NCBI RefSeq assembly: GCF_048593235.1 | Contig: NC_133617.1 | Coordinates: 671,378,958 to 671,442,957, forward strand | Length of the DNA: 64,000 nucleotides | Source: Sminthopsis crassicaudata | Lineage: Eukaryota | Direction: 5' to 3' | Shown: piece after piece, positions 1 through 22,600 of the stretch | Layout: every line of letters starts with the position of its first letter | Position numbering within the stretch: the first letter of the stretch is position 1 | Made by a program: the position numbers and the translations under genes | The notes under the pieces: generated by a model | Told to the model about the DNA's origin: nothing | Database searches by the model: none | Seen by the model: the letters and a program-made list of their open reading frames with translations, nothing else

Positions 1-7141
<7,141 letters not shown>

Positions 7142-9509
7142 CCCCGCCACCTTTTCCCCAGACATCAGTGGGGATTGAGGGGCCAAGGGACCAAGCTGGA
7201 TGTCCTGCTTCTTGCCTAATTGGGGTCCTTTTCAACCCCTTGATGTGGAGAAGGGGCCCCAGGAAAGATAGACTGGCCTTTTAATGGGGCAGGGGGTCCC
7301 CTTTCAATCTCCCTGCCTTGGGGGCCCAGAGCCGGGGATACAACCACTGATATATTTATTAACAGACCGTAACCAATGAATGTAACCCCAAGAGGGGCCA
7401 GGGATGGGATAGGGAGGCCTGCTGGTGGTCTGAGGTTATATGCATCCCCTCCCTTAGTGCCTCTTTTCCTGCTTGTTAAGTCTGGGTCCAGCAGACAGAG
7501 CTAGCAGTGCCTGGGGCTTGGGAAGGCTCACTGGCTAATCACCCCAGTGTCCCAGGACTAGACAATCAGTTCCAGGTCATTGGGGGAGGGGGAGTTTGAA
7601 AGAATGGGAGATGCACTCCCCAGCCTAGAGAGAGCAAAAACTACCATCTCTTAAGGATTAAGTAAAACATATGGCAAAGTGAGAATTTTCTCCCTGAGTC
7701 TAGAGGTCCCCTAGAAAGACAAGAGGAGAGAACAGGCAATTTGGAGCAAATATGGGGCAGGAATGGGGAATGGAGAGAATGCACAAAGTTAATACAACAG
7801 GTGATTAGGCAGGAGGGAGTGCTGCCTCTCTGTGCCAGGGACCACAAAGAATTATGGGGATCACACTGTGACTGTGTGTATATGTTTGTGCATCTCTGTG
7901 TGTGTACGTATGTACGTGAGAAGGCAGTGGGCTGTAGGGGAGAGAGCCTTGTTCAAAGTTCCAATTCTGCTGCAAATTCACCATGTGATCTGGGGGTTAG
8001 TCCCTGTTTCTGTGCCTCAATTTCCTTTCGTGTAAAAATGGACATAATTTCTGCCCTGCCTACCTCACAGGGCTGTTGTGAGGATCGAGGGAACTAACAG
8101 ATGTGAAAGTACTTTGGAAAGTATAAAGAGCTGTATAAATGCAATATATTATTATTATTATTATATAAGCGTGCATGTGTGTGTGTGTGTGTATAGATAA
8201 TAGATAATACAGGAAGGGTTCTCATAAATCCAAACACCTGCTCGAGGTGTGAACACACACTACCCCTGGCTTTGGAGATTCGTTGGGGACCTATTCTCAA
8301 TAGGCTACAAGTCTAATAAGTTGGCCAAATACACTGCGGTTTGTTCTCTCTTTTTCAGAAAAGTAATCAGTAGGTGGTGGTGGTGTTTTGTTCAGCCTTC
8401 ATTTTTGGAGGCTCGGGGGGCATCTTGAGTATGAATGGATATGAGTGAGACAGAACTATGGAAAGGTCAGTGCCATCACCCAACTGAATCGTCACATATT
8501 GTTACGGCTCCTGTATGTGTATGGACGGGGGGTGGATGTATGGCATCTATATGTGTACGGACAAGAGACAGCAGTATGTATGTGGGACTGAAGACCCCAG
8601 ATCCAGGTGGGAGCTGTGGTTCAGACTTTGCAGCGCCACTCACTTCTGGGAGTGATGAAGGAGACAGCCTGTTAGCCCTAACTCTCACAACTCCATCCTT
8701 GGGGTGTGAGAGGGCGTGGGGAATTGGACAAAAGTTGTTGGGGTCTAGTCTAGTCTGATCTTTGGTAGCGGGGCTGGGGTGGAGAGAAAGGGAAGAATTA
8801 GGTCCCCCCTCACTTTCAGAGTGGTGAAATCCATTGCCTCGTGTACCTCCAGAGACCCTCCCAAAGCTATCAAGTTGGTCTCTGTCCTGGGAGGGAGGGT
8901 GTGTGTTAAAGCAGGTCTTAGGCCTTCCCCTTTTTCCTCCCCCATCGAGGGTGGTCCTGACTTTGGGTAAAGTTATATGTTTGCATGTGCCCACTTCATA
9001 CATGCTTATGGAAAGCACTTTGCAAACCTTAAAGGACACAGATTAAGCCTGTTATTCTATTAATGTAGAGACGAGTAAACTTACTCTATTAATACAAGTT
9101 AGCGCCTTCTCTGCAACTGTATCTCAGAGTCACCTAACCCGTTACTGTTGTCCCGGGTCACATAGCTACTATGTGTCAGAGCCTTCCTGGCGGTAGCACC
9201 AGCTCTCTGTCCCCCTTGGGCAGTACTGCCTCTGTGCCCCTTTAAGAGCTTCATGTACTAGTTATTATCATACGACTAGGGGTTCACCTGCACAGGGGTT
9301 TGTGGAAGGGGTATTCATCGGCCCCTTCTCTTGTGACATACATGCATGGGTGCAACATACATAGCAAGGTCCTAGGTGTGTCTACATGTGTGTGAGTTCC
9401 CATCTGTTTACTCCAGGCCCCCGATTGGTGAGAGTGATATATTCCCCTGAAGCAGTTCTGTTAACTTGTGTTGTCACCACCTGTTTCACTGAGCTGAAGT
9501 AAATTACTA

Positions 9510-9860
9510 GACATAATTATAATATATATTGTACTAATATATATTATAGTGTGTAATAATGTATAGAATAAAAATTTTATATAATATATAATTACATATC
9601 ATGCATATATTATGTATGTAGATATATTAAATTATATATATATATTATATCTTAAATTATATATCATATATGACATAATATGCAATGCAATCATATATTA
9701 TTTATATAATAATTTCTTCAAAATTATGGCTTCAAATAGCACACATTCAAATGCCTACCACTTCAGGGGATTCTTTATTTGCATTCATTGGGATTTAGCT
9801 GTGATTATGTGGATATGGAAATGTGTTTGTATATATTATGTAAGTCTCTTTATATATAAG
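9510..9860. repeat. AT-rich low-complexity (TA)-like tract
   Basis: Degenerate ATAT/ATTA runs. Confidence 0.8.
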
Positions 9861-11999
9861 ACCTAATCCTCCCCAGTGTTTAGGGGACCCAGCCTTTCCC
9901 AAAGCTGATGAGGTGGGAATGGGGAGGGGGGGGATACCTCAGAGTAGAAGTTAGGAGACCTGAACTTTGACTGCAGATCTGCCCTTGCCGTCCGTAGGAC
10001 TAGAAACAATTCCCTTTGGCTCTCTGGGCCCATTTCCCATTCGGCATAACGAAGGTCTTGGGCAAGATTAAGTTGCCTCCAAGCTGCGACATTGCAGGAT
10101 TTTATGAGAAAAAGCTGTGCAATAATATGTACAAGTGTGGACACATGAATCGACGGCTTTAGTTCTTGGTATGATGTCCCTTTTGCAACCTTGTAAGGCC
10201 TTTAAGAAATATTAGCACTGGTTGGCCCAGGTAAATGCACAGCTGTAGTTGTATCTGTGTGAAAAGTGCAGAATGTACACAGTGGCTTGAATGTATGTAT
10301 GGGTGTGCAAGATTATTGCAATACATCCAACGCTGACGTTTCTACAGGTGTGTGTGCGTGTGTGTGAGCGTGCTGTTCACCTGCATTTGGTATCTCTTCC
10401 TTGTCACTAGCTTCTAATGCTCTGCTAATGCTATGATTTATGTCTCTTCCCATAAACCCCTGGTTGGTTCCCAGTTGTGACTCATGGGGGAGCAGGTTAT
10501 CCAGATAGACATCCAGAGGATGCTGAGCAAGCTCCCCTGGCCTGACTGGGTAGAGGGAGAGGGGAGCGGGAGGACACTGTAGGAATGGGCACAGAAGCTG
10601 AAGAGCACATCTCTGGCCATTTAACCTCTCCAGGGCTTCTAGCATATGCTAAATGGAATGGAGAAACTGAGAAAAGGGGCACCCAGTAAGTCTGTGGATG
10701 GATTACAGGAGGCCTGTTATTTGAGTGGGAAAAAAATTGATGCCTTCATTTTCACACTAATCTTTGATTTCTTTTCTAGTACAATGTATTTTATTTTATC
10801 CATTTAAAAATATTCTAAGAAAGTCCTGTCTCAGATATTTAACACTTAGCTGTGTGACCCTGCCTAAGTCATTTAACCCCAATTGTCTTACTCTCCCAAA
10901 CTTAATCCCAATTGTTTTATCTTCCCCCCAAAAATTCATTCTGATAAGTTTTAGCAGACAAAGGAGTCTTTAACATAAAAATGGGTTCCGAACTTTGTGT
11001 TAAAGACAGAGCAGTCAGGAGGCCCTTACAATCGCTGGATCTATAGAACCAGGAGCCCTCAGTTCAGATTCTGACTCTGCTGCGTGAACAAGTCATAATC
11101 TCTTCCAACCTCAGTTTCTGCATTTGTAAAAAATCAGGGGGGTTGGACTAGGCGATTGCTAAAATCTCTTTGAGTTCCATGATTCTATGTATTGAGGCAA
11201 GCTACAATCAGTAGTGCAATTGGTAGAGCCCAGATTTAGGATTGAGAAAACCTGGATTCTAATCTTGCCTCAAACACTCTGGATAATGTTCTAACCATTC
11301 TCGATTTCAGTTTCCTTGTGTCTAAAATGGGACTAATACTACCTACTTTCCAGGGTTGTCCTGAGAATCAAACGAAACGATAGGTATCTAAGTGCTTTGT
11401 AGAAGGATATATAAGTGTTAGCCGTGTGTGGGTACACGAGAATATGTGAATGATGGTGAGGAGCTCGCTCATGGTGAGCTTGGAGGAAGTGCGGCACGGT
11501 GGTTCCTGCGAGCTCCCTCTGAGTCGGGTCAGCTGGGAGGCTGGGGGCCAGCTCCTCTTAGAACATTTCTGGGATATCCCAGGACCCTCTGGCTGGGCAA
11601 AGAGCAGATCCCCATCCGCCGCCCTTAGCTTGAACTGCACCAAAAATAAACAGGGACATTCAGAAACAATCCCCCCCACCACCACCATCTTGAGCAGGAG
11701 CAGAGAAGTAATATGGTGTAACACAGGAATGGGCTTGGACCGAGGCCTGAGTGTGGATCCCAGCTCTGCCACTTCCTAACTAGCTGTGTTAGTTTGGACA
11801 AGTGCCTCCCTCCTCTGCTCGTGTGTCCTAGGATGTAAGATGAGGGGCCTATTAGACGACCTCCTGATTCCTTTCCAGCTCTCAATTGGACCATACCAGT
11901 CCACACTCCCACGCCAGAATGCTTGGGCCCCATTGCCTTTCCCGGGACTTCTGATTGCTCTCACCCCCTCTACTCCTACCCTACTTAGTCCCGCCTCCT

Positions 12000-12042
12000 C
12001 TAAATATAACCCCCTCTAGGCTGAGCTCAGGACTATTTCTAG
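12000..12042 (+). promoter_or_regulatory. Candidate MEF2/TATA element upstream of LSMEM2
   Basis: CTAAATATAA at 12000-12009 fits YTA(W4)TAR; CTATTTCTAG at 12033-12042 is a one-mismatch site; about 170 nt upstream of the ATG. Confidence 0.45.
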
Positions 12043-12177
12043 ACTGGGGAAACGTGCTTTGGGAAGCCAGTGGCCTGGACGGGAGTTGTGAGAGGTGCTG
12101 GCTGCTGCCTCTACTCCTCCCCCTTGCCCAGGGCACTACCCATCTGGCTCCAACCCCACTGACCACCACACCTGACC

Positions 12178-14651
<2,474 letters not shown>

Positions 14652-14815
14652 GCAGGGAGCTGACCTTTGAGGCCTCCCCTGCTCCCAAGCTCTGGCTGGG
14701 AACCTCGGCCAGTGCTTGAGGACAGCAGGCGGACGATCCCTGCGGCCTGTAATTATATGCCCCAACCGCAACCTCCCCGTTTATATGTTTCTTTCTACAG
14801 TACATTTTTTATATC

Positions 14816-14821
14816 AATAAA
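14816..14821 (+). terminator. Poly(A) signal of LSMEM2
   Basis: AATAAA 165 nt after the stop codon. Confidence 0.7.
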
Positions 14822-16515
14822 TGGTTCAGTCTTCAGCCTGTCCTCACATACCTATGAGCGATCCCAGAGTCCCTCAAACCAACACAGCCAAGAGAGTAAG
14901 GCCGGAGGGCTCCCAGCCCCTAGCAGGATTCTCAAGTTGCCTTACAACACAATGATCATGCAAATATTATCATCCGCCTTGGGGAAACTGAGGCACGGTT
15001 TGGCTTACCTTTTATTAGTCACTGATCTTGAGGGCTAAGATTTAAAGTCAGTTATGAGGAAATCTCCAACAGGGTAAAACATGAAAGGAAAGGGAGAACT
15101 AGAGTGTCTCCTGACTCCCTAGTCCAGGACTTCGGGCGTCACACTAGGCCACTAAGGCTTTGCCCTGTCTAGAAAAGGTGGGGAAGCTGGGGATCAGGGG
15201 TCGCTGGGCCCTAGGTAAAGCTCCTCTTAAAGGCCCAAGTAATAGGGACAGCATGTTTCTGGAGTCAATGAAGCATCTGAAAAGGGATCGAGGAGTCAGC
15301 CTCCCTGCCCCCCTCACAGCCTCTCTTCCTGTCAACACCTCCTGGCCAGGCCGCCTTCACCACTCCCACTGTCTGCATCCCACAGATAGCGGGAGCTCGT
15401 CTCTGTCTGAGGCCATCCCAAAATAGCTGCTCTGCCCTCCCTCCATGGACCAGCCAAGCACTCCGAGTCACCCTATAGAGGCTCAGTCTTGGGGCAGATG
15501 GATCCAACCCATTCCCCAGCTCTCCCCCAAGGAGCTGAGGGCTCCTGGAGCGGACCTACTACCTCAGGCCAACCGGCTCTATTACAGCAGGAGACCTGGG
15601 AGCTGATGGGGTAAAGACTGAGAAGCAGCCTCATAGGGATACTAGGGCAAGGGAAACCCATACAAATATGGCTCAGGTTTGTGGAGGGGAAAGGGAGATG
15701 TTGGAGGTCTGGGGGAGAGAGTATCCCCAGCCCTAAACTTGGGCTGGCCACATCATTCTGAGGTCACCCTGAAAGCACTTTCCCCTGGTAGCCAGGGGCT
15801 CATGGGGGAAAAGCAACAATCTGCTCTGCGACCTTCTCCCCTTACACAGTCAGGAACGAAGGCTGGGGAACCACCTCCACTTCTTCCCTCCTGCCCAGGT
15901 GGGTACAAAGGGCCAGCTGGGGGTAGGTGCAGAAGAGTACAATTAAGGCAAAAGACTGAAGCCAAGGTATGCTCTCATTTAATTATCTCTAATATTAATC
16001 TTCTTATAAAATCAACACATACATACATTCCAGAAAGCCCCCTTCCCTGCTTCCCTCCCCGCTCCAGCATAGCCAAGGTGTGGGAGGGTGGAGGCCATAC
16101 TGAGTATGTGTTATGGACTAGAGGAGGAAGAGGAGGCCCAGCCTGAGGAGGGCCGCTCCAGGTGACAGGACCCCTCTGGTTACATCATCCAGCTCTCTCC
16201 TAGGGAGACGGACTGGTTGTTCAATCCAGGGGGAAGCAGCCAGGAGAGGGAGAGAGGATTTCCCCTCCGTTCCCTCCTCAGTCTGGGGAATCTTCTACAC
16301 TCTCCTTCCTTGACATCATTGTGACATCAATACCTCATCCCCGAGAACAGTCAGGCACAGAAGGTAATCCATCTTCCCATGGCCCAAATCAAACCCTGGC
16401 CCAGCAGGAGAGATGGGAATGAAGGAAGAAGGCTGGAGGAAAGGGGAGCTGAGGGCAGGGGATCGAGGGGAGACCAGGGCAGCCCTGCCCCTGGCAGCCC
16501 TCCCACCCTGACACC

Positions 16516-16521
16516 TTTATT
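16516..16521 (-). terminator. Poly(A) signal of IFRD2
   Basis: TTTATT on + (AATAAA on -), about 150 nt past the stop. Confidence 0.65.
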
Positions 16522-16667
16522 TGGTTTTGTCATTAAAAAAATAAAAGTGGAGGCCCTCAGGGAGCCAGGCCACAAGATGTAAAGTGTTGTGACTTTGTTT
16601 TTCTGTATAAAAACAGGGCTGAGAGCAGCCTCCTCACCCAGCCCCAGGACCAGGGGAGGCCTGGCAC

Positions 16668-19600
16668 TCAGAGCACATCAGCGCGCTTATCCCGTACACG
16701 ACTCCGCGCTTTCGTCCGGGCTTTGAAGGCAGCTGAATTGTAGAGGTGCTGGAAAACAGAGGAAAGGCCTCTTAGGGGCAAGCTGGGGGCACTTTCCATA
16801 TGAGCCCAAACTTGGCCCAAGAGGGATGAGCATGGCATGTCTCCTGAGAGGGGGAAGTTCTAAGAGGTCCTGCCCCTCCTCCCAACCCACTGGCCCTCTG
16901 GTCAACCAGGCCAAACAAAAAGATGGCACAGGTGGGGTGGGAGGTGGAATGAAAATGAGTCAATGGGGAGGTCAGGGCTGCCACAAACCTTCTCAAAGCG
17001 GGAAATCTTGCTGGCTTTCATGGCCGCAGCGTCCAGCACTAACACCGGCCCCAAATCAAAGATGTCTCGAAGGAGTTCATTGTTCTGGGAGAACCAAGGG
17101 GGCAATGTGAATAATGAAGCGCCAAGCCTTTGGGAGATGGGGGAGGGAGGATGGGGCAGGGAGGGCCCAGGACAGTACCTGAAGATGGTGGAGGACCCCA
17201 GAGCCCAAGGTTTCCTTAAATGCTGTATACGTCCGGCGCCGGACCCAGCTGTCCACATACATACATTCCAGTCCAAACTTGATTGTCTCTTCCTGACACT
17301 CTCCAGTCTGGAGAACACGACCGAGGGAAAGTCTGTTAATCCCCAGGAAGCAATTCTCAGCCCTTTCTCCATGCTGGTGAAGGAGAGGGGCTGAGGTTGT
17401 CCCCACTGAGATCATGGAATAATGGTCTGGTTTATGCTTTCCTCCTCTACTAGGCCGGGAGGCAGAAACCAAGGCTTCCCCAGGCCTTCTCGCTTATAAG
17501 AGACAAGCCCAGTGCACCCAGAGGTGCTTAATCCACAGTAACATCCCTCCATGCCAACAGTGAGGGGGGCTGGACACACAAGATGGCCTGAGGAGCCTCC
17601 TTGCAGGGGCAGAGAGCACAGAGACCTTGGAGGGCCCACAAGACCCTTGGTATCTCAGGGCAGCAGAACATATGGTGGCAGGGTGATCCAGAGGGAGGAG
17701 ATAGCGTCGGTGCTTAGTCAACACTGGCTGCTGGTGGACTCAATGATTCAAACCTGGGCAGGTGGAGCTGAATCCAGGCCCCCACGCCAGCCCCTGGTTC
17801 TAAAAACCAGAGGGAGGAGGAGAAACGTGGTGTGATGACCATCACCCCTGGCTCCATGCGGGCTCTGTGTGTGCACATGTGTCCTAGGGCTCCCCACCTC
17901 AATGAAGTGCAGCACATCCCGGAAGATGGAGCGCTGCTTCCGGCGATCGGCCTTAGCCCGGTACTTGTTGCTGTCTGTGGCCAGGGCTCGGAGGGCACTG
18001 CACAGGCTATCGGTGTCCTCATATAGGAAGTCCTCCTGAGGAAGAGTTGGACAGGGAGGCTTGGGCCAGTTCTGCTACCCACCCCATCCCACCTCACACC
18101 ACAAAGTGGGCCCCATACTCCTCAAATGATCCCAGCCCCCAACCACAGGCCCCAAACTTCCCCTCCCACCCAATGCTCCTGGTACCTCCAGGTCTCGGCC
18201 CAACTCAAAGAGCAAGGCGATCGTCTCCCCTGCTGCGATGCGAAGATGAACGCTGTCACTGGAGAGGAGCTGGGGCAGCAGGGGCAGCTGGCTGTGCAAG
18301 GGCAGGGGGCACCAGGTGAGTAAACACTAACAGCTTCCCTCACCCCTGGGACAGGCAAAAGCTTCTTCCTTGTTACAGGAACTCAGGGGAAGAGGCAAAT
18401 GGATGGGTTCTCCTTAACCTCATGGCTCCTCACTACCAGTATCTGGAAATCTCCATCCCTTCTGAGATCCCCCCTTCTCTTTCTGCTAAGCAACTAAAGA
18501 AAATGGGAGCTATACCTTGTTCTATTTCCCTGCAGGAGAGCGAATCTAGGCAATATATTTTAATGGAAATAGCACTGTATGTGGCATCAGAAAACCTAGT
18601 TTCAAATCTAAAGTTTTCCACTTAAAGCACTACCACCTTTGGCAACTCATTCTATTTACAGTAGAAATTCAGTACTGGGGCAGTACTACCTGTAGACCCA
18701 GGCCCAGGAGTATGAGAAGATGAAAGGGATACCATCAAGGACAGGGAGGAGGACAAGAGGGCCTTTCCCCCTTGCTCTCCCTCCTTCCCACTGCCCCACA
18801 TACCTGTCCAGAACTCTGCTGATGTGGGTGCCAGGGCAGATTGTAAGGAGTAAGGCCCAGGACTGGAGGGCACAGCAATGCAGGGCTTGGAGGGATGCCA
18901 GGGCTGAGGAGGACTCCTCCCTACAAGCCCCACTGAAGATGCCCTCAAGGCAAGCTAGACAGGAGATGAGGTCCTGGGGGAAGAGAGAAGGTGGCCAGGT
19001 GTCAGGGAGGTGCCTCTGTGGGAAGCCAGCTCCATCACACCTGTCTGAGCCAAAGGTCGGCCAGCCAGTCACACCTGCTGGGGGCACCAAGGAACTAGCC
19101 AGGACTGCCCAGATGAGAAGATGCTCTGGGCCCTTGAAGAGGCAGGGCGCACTCACCTCCACGTCGGCAGCAGCGATGTAACAGCACATCCCGAGAGCTG
19201 AGGCACACTGCGGGGGAGAGCAGGGCAGGGGTCAGACTCTCTCAATAACCCAGGCCTCAGACCCCTGGCCACAGAGAAGTCACTTCAGCTCTCAGCCTCA
19301 GTTTCCTCATCTGTAAAATGAGGGGGTTGTACTCATGGACTCTCTAAAGACTCATGACCCTAGGGATACCAGGGCCCCGTCTGGGCCAATTCTTAACTGC
19401 AGCCCCGGGGCCTCAGGGCTTCCTGGGCATCCCCCTTCTGTCCCTATAGATCAGTCAGTGCCTTCCAGGGTGGGCCAGAGGAAAACCAACAGGAATGGCT
19501 GAATACATGCTCAGAAGTTCAGAGCATCACTAATCCTCTTTTTCTGTTTTGTGGCTAAGTCCATGAACATTGGGCAGCTCCATCATAATAAAGAGGAATT

Positions 19601-22600
19601 TTTAAAACGAGCCAGTGGCAAGGGAGGCTGCAGGGCAATCAAGAACCCTGGGCTTCTCTTCCTCTCTGCCGTGCCCTGCTCCCCTAGCCAAGCCCTGGGA
19701 GCCTAAGTTTGCTCCCCTAGAAAAGATGGGATTTGGTTAGCTGTCACATAAAGATGACGGTCCCTAAGCTGCACAGGCCCAGAGGAAGGAGGGGAGCCCT
19801 GGGGCGAATAGGAGATGCTCACACTGTGCCGTGCTCCAAGGTTGGCAGAGGTATCAGTGAGGATGCTGATGAGCAGGGGCCGCAGGCTCCGGAAGAGCTC
19901 CTCTCCTTCCGGCCCCGAACCCATCTGAAGGCACAGGAGGGTTAGCACAGTTGCAGCAAGAGACTGTTCCTCTCCTTTCCCTGCAAAGGAGGTTGTTAAC
20001 CACCTGAGCGAGAGCCCATGGGCCTCAGGAGAAGGCTTCCCCCCTCACCCCTGGGCTGGCTTTACTCAGAGGCAAGAGAAGCTGAGACAGGGTTGGGATG
20101 GGAGGGGCCAGAAGACCAAGTCAAACCTTTCTTAAGGCACTTTTCAAGGGAGTCGGTAAGGGTGAGGCGCCGCTCCAGCAGAAAGTCCAGGAGCACCCGG
20201 GAGGAGAATGCCAGGCGCAGGCTCTCCAAAGCACCCTGTCTGATCTTGGCACTGGAGGAGAATGAGACTGAAGGTCGGACACAGGTGCATCACCCTCGAG
20301 GCTCTGGGGACCACCCAGACTGAAGGACACAGAGCCACCCAGAAGCCTGAGTCGGGCCCCAAGGGTGTCGCTGGGGATGTACAAAGACTGGGGCGCTGAA
20401 CACAAGTATGGAAGCCAACCTCCAACCAAGAGAGCACCGGGGCATCCAGCCACTAAGGCTGAGACCCTCCTGTGGAGATGATGGGGCCACCATCTCGGCT
20501 CCCAAACTGAAAAGGGGCAGGAGAGGGAGTGCCATCGTCCTCCTCTCCACACAGACAAGTACCTCTTGTCAGCCACATCATCGATGCGCTCCTTGAGCTT
20601 CTCCTCCAGCTCCTCTTGCTGGGCCTGTTCATCGACTACTTCGTTGCCTGCAGACCCCACCCCAGGAACCTATCAGTTCCCCTCATGGCCCCAGGCCCTC
20701 AGAAAGGCTGGGGAGAGGGGGAAACATTGCATCTCTCCCACCCTGTGTTGAGAGACCTCTGGACCACCCAAAAAGCACCCACGGCCCTCCTCCATCAGCC
20801 CCTTACCTAGGCTCTCCTCAGCAATGCTAGCCCCCTCACTTGTACTGCTGTAATGACTCAACACTTCACTCGTCGCTTCATCATCACTGGAGGGAGAGTC
20901 GGCCTGGGTGCTGCTCCGAGCTCCTGGGAAGAGGCAAAATGGGGGAGATCAGCCCGGGGCTCTCGGATTGAGAGCTGTAAGAAGACCCATGTGGTTCAAA
21001 CCCCTCATTTTACAGATGAGCAAACTGAGGCCCAGAGAGGGGAATCCCATGCCCCAAACTGCACACAAGCTCCTCTACCAACTGCACTTCAGATCTGCCT
21101 GTTTCCACAACCAGTTCATTCAGGATCTAGGATGCTGTGATAGGAAAGGCTCTTGTGGGGCTCTGAATTTTACCCTTCCTAACATCCTCCAATCAATGGG
21201 GTGATGCCCAAAGAGAACTCTCCAGCTTCATTGGGACAGAGGAAAGCCAGTGGAACAAAAGCTGTTTCGAGTCTCAAACACAACCAGAGTCGCAGCGGCT
21301 AAGCAGGAGGGAACCCAATGCTATTCAATGTCACTATGGGTCCTTCCAAAAAACCAGAGAGACCCCCAAAAACCATGGCTCAGGGATGGATATCTCATGA
21401 AGAGCATTTCTGGAATCTGAGGCCATTAATGGCTGAGAACTGGTGGCAAGTGGGAGAAATCAAGTCCTGTTCAAAGGAACACCTCAGCCCTTAGTCTTGG
21501 TTAGAATACCTACATTTTTAAAATTTGGCAAAGTCCTACTCTAATGCAGCTCATGGTGAAATTTATGAAACTTGTTACTCCAAGAGAAGGTACAAGGTCA
21601 ACATATAAATGGGAAAAAGAGGAAGTGATATCGATTTAATGAAACAGATCCACAGTAGACTAGTGGGGGAATTCCGACGTTGGGGAGAGGGCTCTAACTG
21701 ACATCATGGAAGGATGCCTTGTGGCCTGTCTTAGGGAAGTATATCCTTATTTTCTTAAAAGAGTCCCAATATACTGTTCACTATTATTTCTCCTTCTATG
21801 TGAACTCTCAGTGCCCAGTGCCTGTCCCACCAGAGTGTCATGGAGGTAGATGCTTCCTTCTCTGGGACAAGCACCAAAAGCTCATACATCAAAAGGTAGG
21901 GATTCCTCCTGATCACTGTCTTTGAAGCCGGCCTTCTCTAATACCTAGCTTCTTAAAACTGTGGTTCATGACCCCATATGGGATTGTGTAACTGAATGGG
22001 AGGGTCATGAAATTATAACTTATTATCAATAAATGTCTGATTTGCATGCCTGTTTTAAATACTTATATACTGAGAGTCATGTAAACATTTCACAGATGAA
22101 AAAGGATCTCAAATGGAAAAAATTTAAGAAGCCCTGCTAAGGGACAACCATTCACTTGGTATTTAAGAGTGATGGGAGAAAAGGGGCAGGTTGTCTACAA
22201 TGTCTCAAAACGGTCACCGTGCTAAGGGCCACAAAAGTACTATGCTCCACTCCTGATCTCCATAGCATAGATCTGCCTTCTGCTCAATATGCAACTTTCA
22301 CCTTCAGTCCCTTTCCTTGTCACCTGAAAAAGGAAACTGAAGCTCTGAGCAGAAACAGAAAGGGCAGAGTAGCAATGGGAGGGCCCTTGGAACATATGAG
22401 ATAATTGTGTGTAAAATGCTTTGAAAACCTCCCAGTGTCATATGAATGTCAGCTAAGGGCTTCAATGGACTAACCATTCTTTGTTGGAAGTGACAGAAGC
22501 CCACATCCAGGATGAAGGGTTCAGCTAGCCCTAACTGCCCCAAGGCCCCAGTCTGGGCTCCAGAACCTAATGTGGTCACACCCATTTCCTTCCCTAGGAG